Part shown: positions 58,628 through 64,000 of the stretch, one piece after another | Layout: every line of letters begins with the position of its first letter | Numbering within the stretch: position 1 is the first letter of the stretch | From: Cladosporium halotolerans | Taxonomy: Eukaryota | DNA length: 64,000 bases | Reading direction: 5' to 3' | Assembly: GCF_011745625.1 (NCBI RefSeq) | Contig: NW_027191465.1 | Coordinates: 1 to 64,000 of the forward strand | Translations under genes and position numbers: made by a program | Notes under the pieces: model-generated | What the model was told of the DNA's origin: nothing | Databases searched by the model: none | The model's input: only the letters and a program-made list of their open reading frames with translations

Positions 58628-59596
58628 TCAAACAGCAGTATACCCCCCATCAACGACAAAATCCTGCCCCGTAACATAACTCGCCGCCTCGCTAGCCAAA
58701 AACAGATAAACGCCCTTCAACTCCTCCGCCTCGCCCTCCCTCCCCATCGGGATCTTTCCCCTCCAAACCCTCTTCGTCTCCGGCGGGATGAACTTGCTGA
58801 TCTCCGTCGCCATGTAGCCCGGCGAGACGCTGTTGGCGCGCGCGAACCTCACCCACTCGACGGCCAGCGAGCGCGCGAGGTGGATGACGCCCGCCTTGGC
58901 GGCGTTGTAGGCCGACTGCAGCTGCGGGATGTTGGCGATGTGCCCGCTCATGCTGGCTGTCGCGATGAAGCTGCCGCCCGTGTAGTGCTGCAGCTCGTGG
59001 GAGCCGGAGAGCGAGCGGTTGCCCGAAGCGTACTGCTGGCGCCAGATGGAGCCCGCGGCGCGCGCGCAGTAGAAGACGCTGTCGAGGTCTGTGGCGACGA
59101 CGTTGCGGTAGTGGGCGGTGTCGCCGTCGATCATGCGGCCCTGGGTCCAGGGGATGCCGGCGTTGGCGACGAAGATGTCGAGGCGGTCGTTGAAGTCGGC
59201 TGCGATGGAGTGGACGGCGTGCCAGACGGCGTGCTCGTCGGTGACGTCTACGGCGTAGGCGCGGCACTTGACGTTGTAGCGTTTCTCGATCTCGGCGGCG
59301 CGGTCGAGGGCGGATTTGTTGCTGTGGTACCAGATGGCGACGTTGGCGCCGGCTTCGGCCAGGGAGTGGGCGACGGCGAGGCCGATGCCTGCTCCGGCGC
59401 CGGTGACGATGGCGGTTTTGTGGGCGAGGGAGAAGAGGGCGCGGTTGCTGGTGGAGGTTGGGGCGGTGGTGTTGTATTCGTTGAATATGCCATTGGTCAT
59501 GGAGGCGTCTTCGGGGGATTGTTTGGGTTTGCTTGAGGCATCTTGGGAGGGTTGCTCTGGTTGGATTTGGGGTACTTGGGGAGGTCGGAGAACCAT
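58628..59596 (-). CDS. Classical SDR polyol dehydrogenase (sorbose/L-xylulose reductase-like)
   Basis: TGAGAGIG, ANAGIPW, SMSG, YNAAK, NSVSPGY, VDGGY. Confidence 0.92.
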   Translation of the reverse strand: MVLRPPQVPQIQPEQPSQDASSKPKQSPEDASMTNGIFNEYNTTAPTSTSNRALFSLAHKTAIVTGAGAGIGLAVAHSLAEAGANVAIWYHSNKSALDRAAEIEKRYNVKCRAYAVDVTDEHAVWHAVHSIAADFNDRLDIFVANAGIPWTQGRMIDGDTAHYRNVVATDLDSVFYCARAAGSIWRQQYASGNRSLSGSHELQHYTGGSFIATASMSGHIANIPQLQSAYNAAKAGVIHLARSLAVEWVRFARANSVSPGYMATEISKFIPPETKRVWRGKIPMGREGEAEELKGVYLFLASEAASYVTGQDFVVDGGYTAV

Positions 59597-60076
59597 GATT
59601 GGGTTTGATCTGTGTAGCTAGTGGAACAGTGCCTTATACTATTGGATGCAATTGGTGGCAAGATGCTGTGTCAATGGCTGGTATGGTAGCAATGCCAGCG
59701 ATTGTTACCTACGGTAGCTAGGACTGCTTGTCTGGATTACTAAGGTGAGGTCAATGATGCGATCAAGGTGTCCCGCGTTCGCCTGTCCCGAGGTTCCTGA
59801 ATGCGGGCAGCGACTGCTGCGGTGATCAGTCTGCATTTTCCCTTCAGCAGAAACATGGCGTGCTGAAAAGCTGCACATGAGGCAGAGGAGCAGTCGTCCG
59901 CAAGATCCCAGACCCTCGGGGGATAGACGATGCTCGCGGCAGCCTTGTGCTCGGACAGCAGGCTGAGGGCATTTGCGTCAAGTGCTGGAGCACGACCCCC
60001 CACCCACCAGACAACGCAGCGCCTAAGGACGAGAGCCGACAGCAGCCTGCCCTGTCGCCGGCTGTGTGATGGCGTG

Positions 60077-60106
60077 CCCACTCCTCCCACTCCTCCCACT
60101 CCTCCC
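60077..60106. repeat. (CCCACTCCT)3 minisatellite
   Basis: Three direct 9-bp units in intergenic DNA. Confidence 0.85.
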
Positions 60107-60944
60107 GACTGCCTCACCAAGTCCCGGGCCGTGCTCGAGGGCGTGGGAGCGTCTCGCCGACTGGGCGCAGCGCTTGATCTCTCATCCACCCACCCATCCC
60201 GGCCTCCGACGCTCACGTGAAGGCGACTTTGACACGGCGGATGGCGCGATGTGCAGCCAGCCAGCCCTGAGAGAGCTCTCCGCCCCACTGGAGCCCCTCC
60301 AACCCTTGGCTGGAAGCCTGAGGAGCCTAAGAAGCCTAACTGCTGCGGGCTTGAACGTCGGCAAGCGCGCCCGCGCGCGTCATTCCGCGTGGATGAGGTG
60401 CTACCCGCACCAGGTGACTGTGGCACAAGTCCCTTCTGCGTCGTCCGCCAGGGGCACGGTAGATATGTAGATAGGCTCTCTGTGCATACCTACCTGCTCG
60501 CTTGCTCGTGTCTTTCCTCGCTCCTCTCAACACCGCTCTCACCTCCCGAGCAAACACTGCCATTCCCACGACTCAAGCCATCACGCGATTCCCCACCTTC
60601 CACCACCAGCGGAGGGGCCCGGTCCCTGTTTCGGCGCAGATCGCCTACCTGCGACGCTCGGCCTTCGATCAGATAAGTGGGATCAGTTCCATCACTCGTC
60701 TCTGGTAGGCTATGCCGCGCCACGCGTGTCCGTTTGCTTGCGTCGGAGTCTTACGATGTTTCGCAGGCAACAGGCGCGTGCCTCCTTCACTGTCGTCAGA
60801 GACCCTGACGTACATATAGTCGCCCTCTTCCGCACTGCCGGGAGCTGTCTTTGCTGGCTAGCTGCCATTGAACAAACACCCCCTCGACGAACCACCAAAG
60901 CTATCTTCTACACACATTGGCTTCGGCAAGCATTCGCAGCAAGC

Positions 60945-61271
60945 ATGCGTTTCCACATTCAGCCTCTCTATGCCCAGACTCTGCGTTACTACGCCCACAG
61001 CGCAAGAGCAACAAGAGCAGACCGCCTCGGAGCTGTCATGACCGCTGGCTACTGCTGTTTGGCTTTCAGTGCACCTTTCGCCGGCGCCGCTCTGGTTAGC
61101 AAGAATGCAAAGAAAGATGGTCGCTATGCCAATCTGTACGCCATCACCTACCTTCACGCACCTCAAAGCTCAGCTAATAACACCACGCACAGCCGCCCAC
61201 TGAGCTTCCGTGACTGCCTCCCCTGCTCGCCATTGGAAGACTACGCTGGCATGAAGCGTCTCGCCCGCTAG
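60945..61271 (+). CDS. Putative 89-aa single-TM microprotein
   Basis: aagcATG start; intron-like 61136-61192 (GTACGC..GCTAAT..CAG); 5'-UTR intron-like 60705-60819; pyrimidine-rich leader. Confidence 0.5.
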   Translation: MRFHIQPLYAQTLRYYAHSARATRADRLGAVMTAGYCCLAFSAPFAGAALVSKNAKKDGRYANLYAITYLHAPQSSANNTTHSRPLSFRDCLPCSPLEDYAGMKRLAR

Positions 61272-61718
61272 AGGCGTGAATGAAGACACTGGAGCTCAAG
61301 TGCTCGCTCGACCGACACAGGCTTCCACCTATGCATACATGATCATGACGGCGTTGGAGGGGATGTTTCTTTTGTGCTTTCACTGTCTAGCAACACATAC
61401 CCTGCGGTCATGTTCCCCGCAACCTTTGTCCGTATATCGTTTCTTGATGACATCGAGAAAATATATATACACATAGCAAACACAGATTTGCTATAGCAAA
61501 CGCCATCCCGAGCGTACAGTCTTCCCCTCTGACGAAGGGATCTTTCCAGGTCATTCAATCTTCCTCAGTCGTCTGCTTCCTCTCATGTACATTCTCCATC
61601 TCTTTGCCTCATAATCACAGCATGTCGTTCATGCTGTCTCCCGTCTTGAATCCTTGTACTGTACATCCCATCCTCCCATCCTCTTCTCATTCCCTCACTA
61701 TCTTCATTCAATCCCCGC

Positions 61719-62111
61719 TCAACTAAACCGATCCCCCTTCCGACTCCTAAACGGCTCCGCCGCCTCAAACTTCCCCTTCGCAACCCCATTCTCCTCCCCA
61801 ACATGCCCCACAGGCGCCGGATCCGCGCCGGCCTCCAAGCTCGGACTCGGGCGGTCCGAAACGCCGTTCCTCGAAGAAGACGCAGCGACGTCGCTCGCGC
61901 GAACGGGCCGCGTCGCCTGCCGCCTGCGCTCCATGGCGAGCGCGCGCTCCTCGCGGTCGGCGTTGATGCTGCGCTTCGCGAAGTAGTAGGCGCCGCCGCC
62001 GGCGAGGATCAGCACGCCCCAGCCGTAGGCAACGGAGGCCTTCTGTTTTTTGCTGAGTTAGGGAGGTGAGGTTGGAGAGGCGATGGGGATGGGAGAGCAT
62101 ACGGTGTTCAT
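61719..62111 (-). CDS. Small single-TM fungal protein (DUF4748-like)
   Basis: MNT|KASVAYGWGVLILAGGGAYYFAKRSINADR; intron 62043-62102. Confidence 0.8.
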
Positions 62112-62535
62112 TGTTGTGGTTGTGGTTGGGTGGTTGAGTGGGTGGTTTTTGGAGGGAAGGCGAGATGGATTGGACTGGAAGTACGAATTGCGGATTGATG
62201 TCAGTAACGGTCGGGACCTGCGGTTTTGAGTTGTGCTAGCGGCGTTTGTCGGGGGATGGTTCCGAGGCTTCCGATGCCGTCGGCGGGCTTAGGTTCACAT
62301 GCTTGCCTGGTCGAGCTTACTTACGCTTGCAGCCTTACGGTTATTGCTGCACGGCATCATTACCGCAACGTCCGCACTCCAAACCTCCCGCCCGACATCA
62401 CGACCGTGCTTCGGTGTCCCAGGAAGACGTCCATGCGCGAATCGAGCGAATAGAGCCTGATCGCCGCGCCTGCGGTCCACGCAAGCAGCAGCGACATCCG
62501 TCAACACCATCACCACATCAAACACAGCATCCACC

Positions 62536-64000
62536 ATGGCGCCGAAACGCAAAGCGCCCGCCTCGAACGGCAGGGCCTCAAAGCGCGTGGCATCCGGCGT
62601 CAGCACGCCGGTGAGCATCGACAGCGACGACGACGACAACTACTCCATGGGCAGCGAGTCGGACCCGGAAGGCAGGGCGGCGCCGCAGAAATACGACAGT
62701 CAGTATCCCTCCCATCCTCGCCTCGCTACCATCCCCCTACCATACTGACATGCCCTTCTCAACAGAAATGGTCGAGAAGTTCTCCATGTCCACGTACGCG
62801 AACAAAAACCGCCCCCGCGCCTCCGGCGACGCCGCCTCCCACCTCTTCCGCATGGATCGCGACCTGTCCGGGCTCGAGCTCAAACCCGACCACCGCCTGC
62901 GCCCCATCTGGCTCGACGCCGCGAACGGCAAAGTGGTGATGGAAACCTTCTCGCCGTCCTTCAAGCAAGCGCAGACCTTCCTGATCAACATCGCCGAGCC
63001 CCAAAGCCGGACGACGAACGTGCACGAGTACACGATCAACGGGCACAGCCTGTTCGCCGCCGTGAGCGTCGGGCTGACGGAGCACGACATCATAAGGGAC
63101 CTGGAGCTGTTCTCGAAGACGAAGCTGCCGGAGAGCATCAAGGAGTTCATCCACATGAACACGCAGAGTTTCGGCAAGATCAGGCTGGTGCTGAAGCACA
63201 ACCGGTATTTCGTCGAGAGCTCGGATGCGGCGGTGCTGCAGCGGTTGCTGAGGGACGAGGTGGTGAGCAAGTGCAGGGTGGAGGAGACGGAGGAGCTGAA
63301 GACGGAGAAGGCGGCGAAGATGGGCGAGCTGGTGATTCCGGGCACGAAGGATGCGGCTGGGGTGAGGGAGGCGCAGGCGAATGTTCAGCAGGCGCAGAAG
63401 AGGGATGAGTCGGATGAGGATTCGGATGATGAGTTTGGCGGCCGGGACGCGGAGAAGGACATGACGGAGTACTTGCGGGAGGAAGATGATGAAGATGACG
63501 AGGTGGATCAAGTGCACTCTTTTGAGATTGACGGCAATATGATCCAGCAAGTGCAGGAGCGGTGTAACGTCCATCTGGCCATGCCGCTGACGGAAGAGTA
63601 CGATTTTCGAAACGACGAGCAGAACGCTGGACTGGACATCGATTTGCGGCCTAACGTGCAGATTCGATATTACCAGGAACACGCGCTTAGTAAGATGTTC
63701 GGTAATGGGCGTGCGAGGTCTGGAATTATCGTCCTGCCATGTGGTGCTGGAAAGACGCTGGTTGGTATCACGGCGGCGTGTACCATCAAGAAGAGTGCGA
63801 TTGTGTTATGCACATCGGCCATGAGTGTGGTGCAGTGGAAAGAGGAGTTCAAGAAGTGGTCGAATATCAACCCAGATGATATCGCCATTTTCACGTCTGG
63901 CGAGAAGGAGAAGCTCAACCACAAAGCTGGTATTATCATCTGCACATACAGCATGGTCACGCAAAATACGAGACGAGCACACGATAGTCAGCAGGTCATG
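62536..64000 (+). CDS. SSL2: TFIIH 3'-5' helicase XPB, truncated by the window edge
   Basis: LKPDHRLRPIW, HSLFAAVSVGL, EEYDFRND, KMFGNGRARSGIIVLPCGAGKTLVG; intron 62699-62765. Confidence 0.96.

Noticed and set aside
59600..61600. Telomerase RNA or snoRNA in the 2-kb intergenic gap
   Set aside because: No TAACCCTAA-type template or convincing C/D box pair seen; a small coding gene explains part of it

Overview
Gene-dense fungal (filamentous ascomycete) nuclear DNA with short GT-AG introns carrying CTRAC/CTAAC branch points; a Dothideomycete origin is plausible but not provable from the window. About 36 protein-coding genes can be modelled. Core genes include a transketolase/DHA synthase (its frame breaks near the left edge), MRX11-like, VPS1, VMA1, an AMACR-type CoA transferase, a GH31 alpha-xylosidase, a POM34-like nucleoporin, CAB5, ribokinase, NDUFS6, YjbQ, PRP9, FAL1/eIF4A3, mitochondrial bL19, SEN2, a scramblase, three SDRs and SSL2/XPB (truncated at the right edge). 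Two accessory-looking patches interrupt them. The first (11-20 kb) holds a catalytically dead, signal-less GH72, an SDR, a heme-less sulfite-oxidase-like enzyme, a HET-domain gene and a multi-TM protein. The second (46.6-50.7 kb) holds two Cys-rich candidate effector/toxin genes. I found no tRNA, rRNA, CRISPR array or intact transposase. Best leads: the GH72 pseudoenzyme, a leaky-scanning N-terminal extension on VMA1, an intron beside the VMA1 intein/homing site, a probable insertion in the transketolase, an 89-aa microprotein gene with regulatable introns, and the HET/TM and effector islands. No complete novel system can be demonstrated from sequence alone. All family calls are by motif recognition, not database searches.
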